NCBI RefSeq assembly: GCF_008831285.2
Contig: NC_045138.2
Location: 11,222,001 to 11,286,000 of the forward strand
Reading direction: 5' to 3'
DNA: 64,000 nucleotides
DNA from: Nymphaea colorata
Taxonomy: Eukaryota
The translations under genes were made by a program, and so were the position numbers. Under the pieces are notes generated by a model. It was not told the origin of the DNA. It saw only the letters and a program-made list of their open reading frames with translations, and ran no database searches. Shown here piece after piece: positions 13,037-26,060 of the stretch. How positions within the stretch are numbered: position 1 is the first letter of the stretch; the number at the start of each line of letters is the position of its first letter.

Positions 13037-13118
13037 CTATGTCACATAGGTACGGGTACTGGTGCGGGTACGGACCATTTTTAAAAAACTTGGGTGCGAG
13101 GGTACGGCCGTACACACA

Positions 13119-13170
<52 letters not shown>

Positions 13171-14148
13171 AAATTTCAAACAGAATAACATATTCACATA
13201 TATATATATCAAAAAATTACAAATAAAACCCCATATACATATTCAGCCATTACAACTTATATCTAAAGCACCTAGCAAGACAAAACCAAAAGACGAGAAT
13301 GAGAATGTTAAATAAAATGCAGATTTAAGTGGTCATGATAAAGGTCAGAACCATGCCAAAGCACAAATATGCACTAAGCAGCACAGGGATAAAATGTCAT
13401 GTAATCAAATGCCACAATCACAACACAAAGATTCACATAGATGGACTTGCAGAGAGGGACATCTAAAGGGTCTATTAGCAAATGTAACCATACACCAAGA
13501 CAGCGAAAGGGGAAACAAGACAGCGAAAGAAAAATGGATAGTGGAACAAGGGAACAACAAATAGAGAACCAATATTATCGTTAAATCTTTTTTGCGACAA
13601 TATGTCATGATAAAGCCAGGACGATGAAAGAAAAATGGACAGCGGCATGCCAATCAAAAGAAAATTCACCACAACGAGAAAGGGGCGAACGCCAGTAGAG
13701 AAACGCCTCCAATCGACCCCACAAACTTCTTCTTCTTCTTCTTTTTCTTCTTCTTCTTCTTCTTCCTTCTCTGAAACTCAGTTCGTCGTCTTCCCTTCGC
13801 CGCTCACCGTACACCGTTCGCTGCCTGTCGTCGCCGCTGCCGCCTGCCAGTCTTTCGGTGAAGGTTGAAGACCGAGGTGAAGGGAAGACGAAGAACGATG
13901 GTAGTTTAACTTTAAGGGTTAATAATTTTAACGTGAAATATTTAAAAAATGTTAAAAAGTAAAAAACGATAAAATTCAAAATCGGATAGATTTAGACTCG
14001 GTCAACTTTGACCGAGCCTAAAAAAGGTCGAACATGACCTTGGGTGCGTTGACCGAACCCAGTGCGGTCAACACAGCACCCATGCCGCACCCATGGGCAT
14101 ACCGGTACCGGTGTCGTACCGGTACCGTGCGGATCCCGTGTGACTTAG
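13037..14148. mobile_element. hAT-type non-autonomous element (MITE)
   Basis: TIR CTATGTCACA / TGTGACTTAG with one mismatch and perfect 8-bp TSD TCTAAGAG (13029-13036, 14149-14156). GGTACGGGTAC / GCACCC subterminal repeats and no transposase ORF. Confidence 0.88.
13122..13162. repeat. (AT)n microsatellite
   Basis: Uninterrupted run of about 20 AT units. Confidence 0.95.
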
Positions 14149-14238
14149 TCTAAGAGAAAGCAAAAGCCTGATATGAATCAACTCAAGTGAAAACATCAAT
14201 ATTTAGTTTTCACATAAGTTAACAACATAGTACGTACG

Positions 14239-14589
14239 CAGTATCATCTGGCAAATTGTTTTCATCAGCAATATCATGAGCAACTACAAAAAATTTCACC
14301 TACCAACAGATGTGGAATAAATCTGTGTTCCTTCAAGGAAGAGAAGGCAGTAGTCAATCTTAAACACTATTGCTACAACGACAAAGGTGCTTACTTTGAT
14401 TCCAAAAAAAAAAATCCGCAAATTTGCGACCAAAAATTTTACATAGTAAAGCAACTAACTTACATAAACATCAATATCTGAACTTTCAGCTTATGAGGAT
14501 CGGCTCTGTTGTTTTCCATTAGCAATTTGTCCAGCATAATCTATTCTTCAACAAGATCATCAACCATGAGATCAAGAATATCCACAACC
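14239..14589 (-). other. Two exon-like segments (14464-14589, 14239-14284) of an unidentified minus-strand transcript
   Basis: Each is flanked by canonical sites: catctAG|...|GTAAGT and tttgtAG|...|GTACGT. No continuous ORF across them, so UTR, non-coding or pseudo-exons are all possible. Confidence 0.3.
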
Positions 14590-15050
14590 CTAGATGAGTG
14601 CAGTAATGACATGTTTAACCCACACTATAAGATATAGTAAACAAACTCTTAAGATGACAAGTTCACAAGCTCTAAAACATGCCTACATTGCCAACATAAT
14701 AAGACTCATATACAAACAATTAAAATAGATAATCACGTGTAACCATAGAGAAATGATACATGACCTCCATCTCCATGCCATTGGAAACAATCAAAGTTAT
14801 CAAACTGTGCCTCCAAAATGAAGGGACTACTGAATGTGACAGCCACACTTTTCTGGGCTTAACTCTGTAGCGCAAACATGATGATTTATGATCCACTAGT
14901 TTTACTTTCATTAAAAATGAATTTTATTAGTAAATTTTAATGATGAACATTTTCCTTTGAGCTGCCTTCGTTTAGTTTCTTATTGGGAGGAGGGAGTGAA
15001 CCAGGAGGCTAAACCTATCAAGTGTACTAGATTAGAATATATCTTCCAAA

Positions 15051-15854
15051 CTATGTTGTTAAGGCGTCGTCTAGGAGACGCCTAGTTGTGGACTAGGTGC
15101 CAGTCCACACCCGTCACCTAGGTCCATCACTTAGGATGGGTATGGCGATGGCGCCAAGGATGGACTAGCACCAGCACACCTAGTCAATGGGAAGGTATAT
15201 ACCTGTGGTTTTATTGTATATACTATGTAGTATGTACAATCTGTTATAATGTATAATATATGTACAATCTGAAATAATGTATATTTACATATTGTATATT
15301 AATGTGTTATATATCTACATTAGTACAATCTGAAGCAACTTTTAAAGTGGTTCCATCTGCAGTTGAATCTGTTACGATGTATATTGTATGTATTGATTTG
15401 TACAATCTGTTATGATGTATATTAATGTACTGATTTGATACAATTTTTGTTTGAAATGATTCAAATGAAATAGTCTATCAGGTCTATAACTGAAATAGTC
15501 TATAAGAAATGCAAGCATTGTGTCCAATATGTAAACAATAATGACGTCTTCTTTTGTGTATCCAACAAAGGCATAAGATAGAACAGAACAGCACAGTTTT
15601 CCAGTATGTAAACAAGATGGAAATGTACTGTTGGTCTGTCATGTAAACAAGAACATAACAGTTTTCATGTTTCACTTTTTGGCTTACAAAGTGTAATCGT
15701 TCAATTAGAACAGAACGGAACAGTTTTTCAAGTTTTACTTAGAATAGAAGCTTACAAAAGGTGAAGGTGTTGCTGGATTATGGAATCTTAAGGAGGTGAA
15801 TACGGCCAGTTTGGTATCCATCGCATGTAGGTGTCCTAGACCTCTTACTATAAG
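15051..15854. mobile_element. Degenerate hAT-like MITE
   Basis: Starts CTATGTTGTTAAGGCG with CGCCTAG/CTAGG subterminal motifs at both ends and an internal degenerate TGTACAATCTG repeat. TSD is not evident. Confidence 0.35.
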
Positions 15855-16439
15855 AATTGATCTGATACTAAAAGTATATCATGTATTCATGCAAGTAAAT
15901 GATTTTTCTCTTGTTGTGTGAACCAAAGTCTCCTTTAAATGCTTTTAAGCATATAATCACAACAATCAAGAGAATTCACAAGGTTCATATTCACCAAAAA
16001 AAAGTATCATGAAACATATGTAATATCCAATAGCATAACAAAATATTTAAAAAATCTAAACATAATCATACCAATAACGATGTCTATAAATTATTATAAC
16101 GAAATGAACTCAGATTATTCATATTTAGTATTGTTGTCAATAGACTTAATTTGAACTCACCACTCATGAGTTGCACAAAGTAGGGGCACATAGAAGCACG
16201 ACCTACCTTAAAAATTTTACACTGTGGAACCTTCTATAATAGGTAAAAGTCTAAATCCAAAAGGTCTTTATTACAACATTTTATACAATAAGAAATAAGC
16301 ATAGGAACTATCAACCAACTCTCTTCTGACAACTTATGGTCATCCTATATGAGACAAAAATATTTAAACATTGAAGCCTTTGCGCCTCTAACTAAGTCCA
16401 GCATTGCTCCTTCTATCTGCCAAGCTATCTTTGCAGCCA

Positions 16440-16580
16440 AAAAAAGCATCAAAGATGTGGTTTTATGGCAGCTCAAAGATGATAACAGAATTAAATTCTG
16501 GTATGTTTGAACTGGGTTGGTCCGCCTCCAGCCACTGCTCCCTGCTGTTCATCAATATACTGGCAAGATGAATGCACAGG
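16440..16580 (+). mobile_element. Possible LINE (L1-type) ORF2 3' remnant
   Basis: Reads VLWQLKDDNRIKFWYV*, resembling the W.vGdG..i.FW.D.W motif downstream of plant L1 RT. Short and degenerate. Confidence 0.3.
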
Positions 16581-17180
16581 TCTCTATTGATCAGGTGATA
16601 CTCAAAACTGATTCCCGATTGCTAAATTTTCTCCATTGTATTAGACCAGAGTCACGCTCTCCGGTTATAACTAAGAACCAACCCGATCCCTTGATTTGGT
16701 CTGACTTATGAGCAACCCCATATACGGTTTCAAGGAACTCAAATTGGGAGATGATTAGGAGTAAAGGAGTTGCATAAAGATGGAGAAGTAAAATCTGGTT
16801 ATTGAATAGGTATTTGTGCAGTTTGGACCCCGTCATCCCTTATATATGGTCCGGACACAAATTGCTGACAAATGCTAGGCTCAAGCCCATGGAACACCAG
16901 AATTTAAGTCCAACAATATCAAATTTGCAAACTCTATATGAAAAATTTGAAAAAAAAAAACAATGGGACTTTAGGGACAACACTGTACATACTCATTCAG
17001 CTCATTGTGAGAATAAACAATGTAACTGTGAGAAAAATCAATGTCGTTACATCAGTATGTCTGTTGTTTCACTTTTCTTGATTTTGGAAAGAAGATAAGC
17101 ACGCCAAAAAAACAATGTAGTGACTTCTTAATGATAAATTCGAAAGCCTTTACCAAAAGCAGTCAGTTGGTAATCCATAA

Positions 17181-20028
17181 GGTAGTGTTTGCCGAGCAGG
17201 AAATATCCTGTAGCAGAGGAATAAAAATTCAAAATTTTAAAAAAATTCTGTTTATCAAACACGGAATTAATTTTGTAGCCGTTAAACCCGTTTCCGAAAT
17301 AATATTTCCGGAAACATGTTTCCACCACGAGGGGTGGAAACATATTTCCTGGATTATTTTTTTGCCCGTTAGGGCTCGCGTTTTCCTCCTGCCGCAGCCT
17401 CTCGCGTCTTCCTCCTGCCGCTGCCTCTCGTGTCTTGCTCTTGCCGCTGCTTCATCCTACTACTGCGCTGCTGCTGCTTCAATCCCCTGCTTTCTGAGGA
17501 AGTTCCTCACTGCTATAGCCTTCTTCCTGCTGCCGCGACCCCACTCGAAGGATTCCCTCGTCAAGCTCCTTAACAAGGTGAGCGTTTCAACATTCTTACT
17601 GGACTCTTTGTCGTTCTAGATCTAAACGGAAGGGATAATCTCAGGCAGGGGGTTGTTCCTTTTGGTTGAATGGGTGTTGGCTCCTTTTTGGTCGTGGGGA
17701 AGGGGAGAGAAAGAGGGGTGAGGTGGGGAGCTGGTTTTTCTTTCTTTTCCTAGTCTCTTTGTCGTTGCTTTTCTTTTTCCTTTTCTGGGTTGTTGTGTGT
17801 TGTGCGAATTTGATTTGTTAAATGTGGCAATGGCAGTGATTTTGAGCTGGATGTTGTGTTTCTAGTTTGCCTCTGAGTCCTATGTCTCTCTCGCTCGCCT
17901 GTTGGGGATTCCCCTTTTTGTAGGTTTCTGCTGCGTTGGAGTTCCTTTTCTCATTTTGGCTTCCCTGTCTCTCTTTCCGTGGTTGTCCCTCTGTAGCCTT
18001 GAGCTGTTTCTGAGTTTTTCTTTCCTTTACTATTCTCTCTCTCTGGTTTATGATCCTGTTTCTTTGAAGGGTAACACCAGAACCCTGTTTCCTTTGTCTA
18101 TAGATTTGATGCAAGAGCTCCTGCGGGAATGGCGAGGTTTTCGCTTATTTCTCAAGGGTCTGTTAACAAATAACATAGTGTTCCGACATAAGTGCCTTAT
18201 TAAAATTACATTATGGTGTATGAGTTAAATAAGTTCAGATCGCCATCCTTTTTACCTTATTAAGTGACCTGACAACAGTTCTTGATCTGGTTGAGTTGTG
18301 GTCCAAGTTACTGGGTGACAAACTGGTGATGACTTGATCTGAGTTCATGTCAGACAGGAACTGCCTATGCGCATCTCAAGCCAGTACTGCTGTAAAGCAG
18401 CAATTTCAGCATTTTGTCTAGCTTTACTTGTTTTTTGCAGTTCTCTCGCTCTGTTTTTTTTTTTTTGGAGGTATGGCTATTGATGTCTCGGTTGGTTGCC
18501 GAGAGATTCTGCTGTTATTTATTTTTTTAGCCGATTGAGTTTCACCTCTCTTATTTGCTGCTTATCCACAATGGGTATTAATATTCCATTGATTGAGCTC
18601 ATATCATAAACAAAGAGGCATGCTTTGGACGGTCAGTCTGCTTGCCCTTATTCAAGTCATGCCATGTCCAACTATCAAGAACCTGCATCTCAGCGTCTCT
18701 TGGCTTGATTTTACATATTGGAGTCTGGATAAACATATGGTTATTGCTGTTCTGTATGATCTCCATTAACATTCTAATTTGAACCTGAATTTACTTGCAG
18801 TTTTTCAGAAACAATAAAAACATTGCATTTTTGTGAAACAAGTGAGGAATCGAACTATTTGAATGCACGTTCAAATCTAATGTTGCCGATGTCCCTAATT
18901 GAGATGAAAGTTACATCTTTACCTGCATATTGTAGTTTTATTTCATTTATTTTGAGCTAGAAATCTCTACAATGCAGCAAGATAGTATATATTTCCTGTA
19001 ATGTAGCTATCTGTAATGTAGCTATATCTTATATAGCATATCTTCATCCTATTAGTAATTGGTTGTGGATTTTCTTGTGGAAGCCTACTACTTGAATGTG
19101 TATTCAAATCTAATGTTGGGGACATCCATAATTGAGATGAAGGCTACATCATAATCTGAATATCATACTTCTTGATGAGGTTTTTTCTGGGATTTCTTTT
19201 CTTCTGAAGTTTTTACCTACTGCTGAATGTCAAAATTTGGAATTTGGTAGAATCTAGTAATCTACCTATCATGTGGGCGTGATATGTGTAGGTTGGACAT
19301 GTGGAACTCATACAGAAATGGAACTTGTGAAATGAGCTCAATAGAAGAAGAGATTCAATACAATCATGTGTGACATTCATGGTTCCACGAGTTCAACTGT
19401 GCCACTTGTAAATTATTACTGGCAAGTTATTACTGAAAGTAGGCTGCATTAACAACTAATCAAACACATATATAACAGGATTGTTAACGAACTTGATGAA
19501 GGTGCATCTGACGATGCAAATGAGAGTACATCATTCGTCAACGAACTTGAAAGTGCGACACAAAGTATTCATCGAGGATCAAATAATGACCTGCGCAGTT
19601 CAATAACATCTCAAATGTTTATGGATTTTGAAAATCGTAGGTGCATAGGAACTTATGACACATGGAAACAATTGTGTTGATGATTATTAGTTATTCATAT
19701 GTTTAGTTTGTTTATGTTTTACTTTTCTTAGTTATTGTATGTTATGACTTGATCACGCTAATCTTTATGTTTATGTTCATAGGTAATCGGAGTTGAAGCG
19801 CTGACATAAGTATTATGCCATGTTCGTGTCGTTCAAGGGACATATATGAAGAAATACAATCACCATATGTTGGAAGAACCTTTTAAACAAACACAGAAAT
19901 ATATTTCTGGAAACATAATTCTTAGTTATCACACACATATCAAAATGAGAATCAGAAATATTTTTCTCATTCTTCTATTCCAGGAAATATATTTCCAATT
20001 CCTAAATCCCTAACCATCAAACACTACC
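17181..20028 (+). mobile_element. PIF/Harbinger non-autonomous derivative
   Basis: Perfect 11-bp TIR GGTAGTGTTTG / CAAACACTACC with TAA TSD (17178-17180, 20029-20031) and repeated GAAATATATTTC-like subterminal motifs. A segment at about 19500-19640 (..NDLRSSITSQMFMDF..) resembles a PIF transposase C-terminus. Confidence 0.85.
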
Positions 20029-21162
20029 TAAAGAAAATAATAGTACAACCGACATAACATCTCAGATTCTCAAAACTATCTGATAGAATTAAAATCCTTA
20101 ATCCTCCATTGCATTCTTCCTCAAACATATCATAAATAGATATGCTAATAGGTATGTTATTCAGTTACAAGGTAGGTTCATCAGTTCAGGTTATCATTAT
20201 CCAATCATTTTTGAACCACAGAAACGCTTCTTTTTGTTCAGTTCTTTACTAATTTTCTTTGCCAATTGCATTGTAGATCAGCAATTACTTAATTTGGTGG
20301 ATTTTGAAATATACCTTTACATTTTCTCTTTGGTTTGTAATTAAGCTTTTCACAACAAAACAAAGTTTTAGTTCATCTCCAATTTAGGGAAAATGTTTTT
20401 TGAAAAATTCAACGCAATAGTCAATTTTAACAACATAGGTCCTCGAAACAGCCTAGACAAAGCTAGTCAATTACATCCTACCAGCCCATAAGAATAGTCA
20501 TATTCGAACTTTTTCCTACCAATCTATAAAGTACTACATAAGTTCGAACCAAAGATGTTAAAAAATTGGCAGCAAGACCACCAGGTCACCTCGATTTGAA
20601 AGCAAGAGCACTGCTAATTCAAAATGCCAAAAACATTGTGTTACTGGCCTGCGTCAACCACTTCATATATTCAAATGAAGAGAACGATGGAAAAATGTTT
20701 CTAAGCCTGGAGATATCAACCAGTTCTTGGAAAATTAGAGTTATATTTTTTTTCACAAACTTAAATGAGAGTACTGAAGGAACAAACAGAAGAAGTCGAT
20801 GATCCTATACCATCCACAAGAATCATAAACCACCAGAACTTAAAAAGAGAAAACTAGATTACCTCACCTTACAGTGGAGAATAAGAACGCCAATTTTCCG
20901 ATCCAATTATACGGAAGAATTAACACATCAAAGAAGTAATCCCTAATTGTCTATGTTGCAATCAGCACAAGCCAGTCGGCCCCGTCAATCATACACTCAA
21001 AAAATCATAAGAAAAAGATCTAAAACGAAAAAGGAAGTTTTCTGTATGTAAATTTCTAGTTCAGCACAAGTTCCAATATAATATATCGGCACACCAAATG
21101 CTCAAAACAGACCATAACTGCATCTCTAAAACAGCAACCAAGTGGGAGAGGCCCCACCTGGG

Positions 21163-21166
<4 letters not shown>

Positions 21167-21207
<41 letters not shown>
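21167..21207. repeat. (AG)n microsatellite
   Basis: Pure run of about 20 AG units. Confidence 0.95.
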
Positions 21208-21213
<6 letters not shown>

Positions 21214-21339
21214 GCTTCTTCCTATCTGAAGTACTATAATACATGGATCAAATTAACATTCCCACTGTGCGCAAGGAACAGAAAGTTTCACAACCCCATC
21301 TTGGCATTTATAGAGAGACAGAGTATGTGTACCAAAAAG

Positions 21340-21670
21340 AGGTGAAGCACATCGACAGGCGGCAAACAGATACAGAGCAAGGGCAGGCGGAGAGACCACA
21401 GCGGCACGTGGAGAGGGTATTTTTCTTCTGTTGCTCGCAGTTTTGCAGAGAGAAAGAGCAAGAGAGCGGAGAGGCAGGGAGAGAGAAAAAGCGCAGCCGA
21501 AGACGGCGGGAGGCAGGTGGAGGCAATAGGGGGCGCAGCGACAGCGGCAGGCAGGTTCGTGGACGGCGGCGAGAGAGGGTTCGTCGGCGGCAGGCGTGTA
21601 GCAGACTTGCAGGGAGAAGGAGAGAGAAAACAGGGAGAACGAGAAACGGGAAACGTGAAGACGAGCCCTA
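21340..21670 (-). promoter_or_regulatory. CpG-rich, CT-rich segment resembling a plant TSS / first 5'UTR exon transcribed leftwards
   Basis: GC- and CpG-rich island with a pyrimidine-rich minus strand, typical of 5' leaders. No start codon is linked to it. Confidence 0.35.
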
Positions 21671-23949
21671 ATCATACAGTAGGTATGGATCCGGGTTTCC
21701 TCTTATTTGAATATGAATATGCACTATTCGTACCCGGATCCCTTCGACCTTAATCGAGTTGAGATTATAAAACTCGAATTTCGACTCGATCAAGTACTCG
21801 GGTCCCGACTTTATTTGAGTGAATGCACGAATAGCTAGGCTCGATGCTCGGACCTTAAATTTGAACTTGCTTATTTTCATAATAACCAAAGTTTCTTTTC
21901 ATAAAATTTTTCACCATTTTTCCAGCATATTTTTTTGGAAGAGAGAAATTATCCCACCACCCAAATGAGGAATGAGGGAGCCCAGCTTTTTATCCTTCCT
22001 TTCCTTTGACTTCAGGGTCCAGAGCTATATCGGTATCAAAATAGCGGCAACTTGCATGTAAAACATTGTGAACAAGAACTTCGCAACACACCTAAGATAC
22101 ACGTAAATCAATAATGCCTATGCAGATTCTTTTATATACTTGAAAGATTAATCAGAGGTAACTGGGGTGCGAAGAGCTTTCATCTAAATGGAATGCATCA
22201 CATTCTTACAAGTACAATTCTTGAAAGCTTGGCAGTTGGTTTAAAGATGAGAAAACTTGGGAAACTCGTTTCTCATTTATTAAAAGTTTGTTTGCGTTTA
22301 AAAATGGAAATCTAATTTCTTTATTAATGTATTTCCATTTCTTTATTTATTTCATTATTTCTCTACATTTTATCCTTGTCCTTAATGTGTTATGGATTGG
22401 GTCAACTCTTCATTAACTTTTATCTGGCGTTTTGCTGATTTTCATATTCTTTATTTATTTAATAATTATTGTACTAGCATCTTCACTTGTAACCCTTTTT
22501 TGTTTATATCATTGCTCTACAAACACAATTGCCTTCTTGCTTCATGGCACTTTTTAAGCATAGCAAGTTAGATGTTAGGTAGATAATATAGAGCAAGTTA
22601 ACTATATTAATGCTGTGCCTCTAAATCAGTTCTCATTTGAACTGGTGAGCCCATTGATAAGAAGGCATGGATGCCTTTCAGTAATAAGACAGTGATGTCC
22701 TCTACCTGAATACTATATCCTTCTCAGACACGTTGTAGCCGCCATTACAAAGACATAAATGCACTTGAATAAATAGACATTAAACAGTTTGTGAATCCAT
22801 GGGAAGATTTAATTGTCCTTCAACATAGAGACACAATTATGACCCTTTCAAGAACCCTGGGAAATTCTGAATCCTTGGACAAATTCCTCATAAAACCCCA
22901 AATAACAGATGCCTTGAGCTTTCACTAAAGTCGAAGAATTGTTAGTGCAGGTGTACCTCAAACAACCAAGTAGCATCTTGGTGTTCACTCTCGCTTACTA
23001 CTTTTTGCTTACTTCGACTATTTGAGCATGTATCTTCTATTTCCAAGGTGTCTTCTTACTGCTCAACTACTCTCACAATTCTGGTAAGTTTTATTTATGA
23101 CCTATAGTATCTTTCTACTCTTGTTGTAGGAATAGTTTCATTTATTGTAATATGTTAGAAATTTGTCATCCTGCAATTTCATCAAGTTATCATGTAACAA
23201 AGAACATAGCTACGCAAAAAAGCTCAATTAATACATCGCTATGTGACAGAGTGAATTTTGAATTAGCAAAAACCAAAGTGTATGTGTTGAATGATATGCA
23301 CACTTAAGTTGACATAATATATTTTAGCATGTCAGAACCCAGCTTGTCAGTCTTGCTCCTTAAGCAAGTTTGTTTTTGGTATATAGACTAGCAGCTCACT
23401 GGACAATATATAAAATCAATGTAAATTGTTACTTTTTAGACAATGTCTATTGAACAACGCGTACTTCTCACCGTGCATACATTTTATAAAATCGATTCCA
23501 GTCTTGTGAGAACATGTTTGTTTTTTGTATGTATGACAGTAAATCACCAAACAATATTTGATCCCTTTAGTGCTTCACTACTTGACAAGATTGACTCTAT
23601 AGAAAACATATTGAGTGCATTAGTATGTTCAACCATATAAATTTAACCTTTTCCATTTGTCAAGATTGTAGCAGCCAACTTGTCGTTCTTATTGTCAGAT
23701 TTTTTGGCTAATTGCTTAACTTTCAGGTTCAATCATTCTTTATAAATGCAAAGTTTGTCACTATTGGTACACAAGTTAATCATTGTATTATACATATAGC
23801 ATTGCTCCAGTCAAAAAGGCACAAACATTACATCTATGGCCACAACCAAGATGCCTTCCATGCCACTTCTACTTTGGCACGAGATTGGCAATGGATGATA
23901 TGTGTGATTTATATTATGTTATGTATGGAATTCAAAGGCCAGCTGAAAC

Positions 23950-26060
23950 TAGAAGAGTAAAAAAGAGAGGATTGAACAAGTGAGGGTTAAAGAAACAATG
24001 GTTCAACAAGTGAAGATGGAAGAAGACAACTAAGAGTAGAGAGGACAAGGGGAGAAATTTGTGAAACCTGGTAGACAAAGAATAGAAAAGGAGAGAGGAT
24101 GAAAAATTGCGGTGATAGAAGTGAGGGTCGAAGAAGTGAGAGTTTTAGAAGAGAGGACTCAAGAAGTGAGTGTGAAAGAACATAGACCTAAGAGTAGGGG
24201 AAAAGAGGAGGAGGATGTGAGAAACTTGAGAGGAGAAGATGAAAATCAAGAGGATGAAATTAAAACTTGAAGTAATCAAGATTGAAGAAGCAAAGTTGAG
24301 AAAAGATTGATTAGGTGATGCTTACAAAGGTAAATATAGAAGAATACATATCTAATAGTATAGGGAAGAGTGTCTTTTTTTTTGGTGTTAGGGTAGTTGT
24401 GGGGGGTGGGGGGGTGGGGAGAGACGTGGGGAACCTAAAAGAAGGGGAAGAGAGAAGAAGCTAAGAGGAGAGGAGAGAAAGCAATGATGAGATCAAAGCA
24501 AGCAAGTGGAGAAAATAAAAGAGGATTGAACTATAAAAGAATGAATAATATGCTGAGAAGAGAGAAGGAGATAAGATTAATTTTGAGAGCATAGAAAATG
24601 AAGTTGAGAGTCAAACAAAGGGAGGGGTCCAGTGAGAGAGTGGAGGTGAGAAGAAGAGGTGATTATCTGAGAAATGGGATATAAGAGAGACGTGAAGCAA
24701 GGAAGGAAGAAGAAGCAAAGAGGAAAGTAGAGAGCGTAGCACTCTAGAGGAAAGAAGAGCAAGTCAAAAGGTGAGCAAAAGAGAGATCAACATCAACAAT
24801 AAAGAGAAGTTGAAATTAGAGAAAATATTATTTAGCTCAAGAAAGAAGACAGTGTTACTGAGAAACATATGAGTGAAGAAGAGGTGGTTGTGGGGAGAGA
24901 GGGATAGAAGATGGATGTTTGAGGAGAACTTTTTTTTTTTTTTGGTGGCCGGTGGTGGGGGGGGTGTGGGGCGCGGGGTGTGGCTGTCGTTGTTGTGGGA
25001 AGAGGAAGGTGAAAGAGAAAAGAAGAGAAGGTGTAACTAATGCCCTATTTGGTTGGAAGGAAAGGGAAGGAAAGAACAACCAATCCGTTGTTTGGTTGAT
25101 TAATTAAAAAGAAGGGAAAGGAAAGGAAACTCTAATGTAAATCCAATCCCTCCAAAATTGGAGGGATTGGGAAGGAAAGGAAAAGTCTATCTCCTTTTAC
25201 CGTGTATACTATCGCCTACGGAAGAGATATCAACTGACCTTGTGTGGCTCTTTATCTCCCTCCTCGCCGCTGGTAAGACTCTGAGAGGCGCTCGGTCTGC
25301 CTCTCTATCCCTTTCTACCACTGCTCGAGACTTGGATGGTATTTCACAATGACCTTTTTACCAAAATCAAGTTTTTGTGATTTTTATGTCATCCAATTAA
25401 TGCACCTGAAAATGGTGCTTTGTTTGATTCATATAAATTTTTATCATATTTATTACTATAGACAGAAATGTTGAGTGTAAGTGTGGTTCCTCTTTTATTG
25501 AATCAGGAAATCAAATTAAATTTTTTTTATTTGAATGATAAATTTTTTAATGTTAGGGGTATTATTGTAAATTATTATAAATTCTATCATTTCCTTTCCT
25601 TTCTATCCAAACAAGGTTTGTAATCACCTCTTTCCTTTCCTTTCCATTCCATTCCTTTTTCATTCCCTTTCCCTCCCTTTCCTTTCCATCCATCCCTTTC
25701 CCTCCATCCAAACAAAACGTAAAGAAAAAAGAATAATAGGTTAAGAGAAGATAAATTGAAGTCAAGAACATAGAAGAGGAGGTTGAGAGTATGGAAGAAA
25801 CAGTAGAACTCAAGAGAGGGTACATCTCCCAAGGGGGGAAGCGTGTGTGGTGGAAGGGAAGGGGAGAGGGTTGGAGTAGAGCGAAAAGAGCAAGCTGAGA
25901 AGAAAGAAGAGCAGATAATTGAAATCAAGAGCATTGAGGAGGAGGAAATGGATAACAAAAGAAAGCTTGTGGTAGGAAAGAGAGAAGATGAATACCAAGA
26001 GAAAAGAGGAAGGGTCAAATGATGAGAAAGATGATGAGAAAGAGAAGAAGATGGATCATA
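23950..26060. repeat. Purine-rich (GA) low-complexity tract
   Basis: About 2 kb of strongly A/G-biased plus strand with G-runs, interrupted by a MITE. Confidence 0.7.
25041..25719. mobile_element. Tourist-like (PIF/Harbinger) MITE, degenerate
   Basis: Flanked by TAA on both sides. Ends ..TATTTGGTTGGA / TCCATCCAAACA.., with GGAAAGG repeats on the left mirrored by CCTTTCC repeats on the right. Confidence 0.55.
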
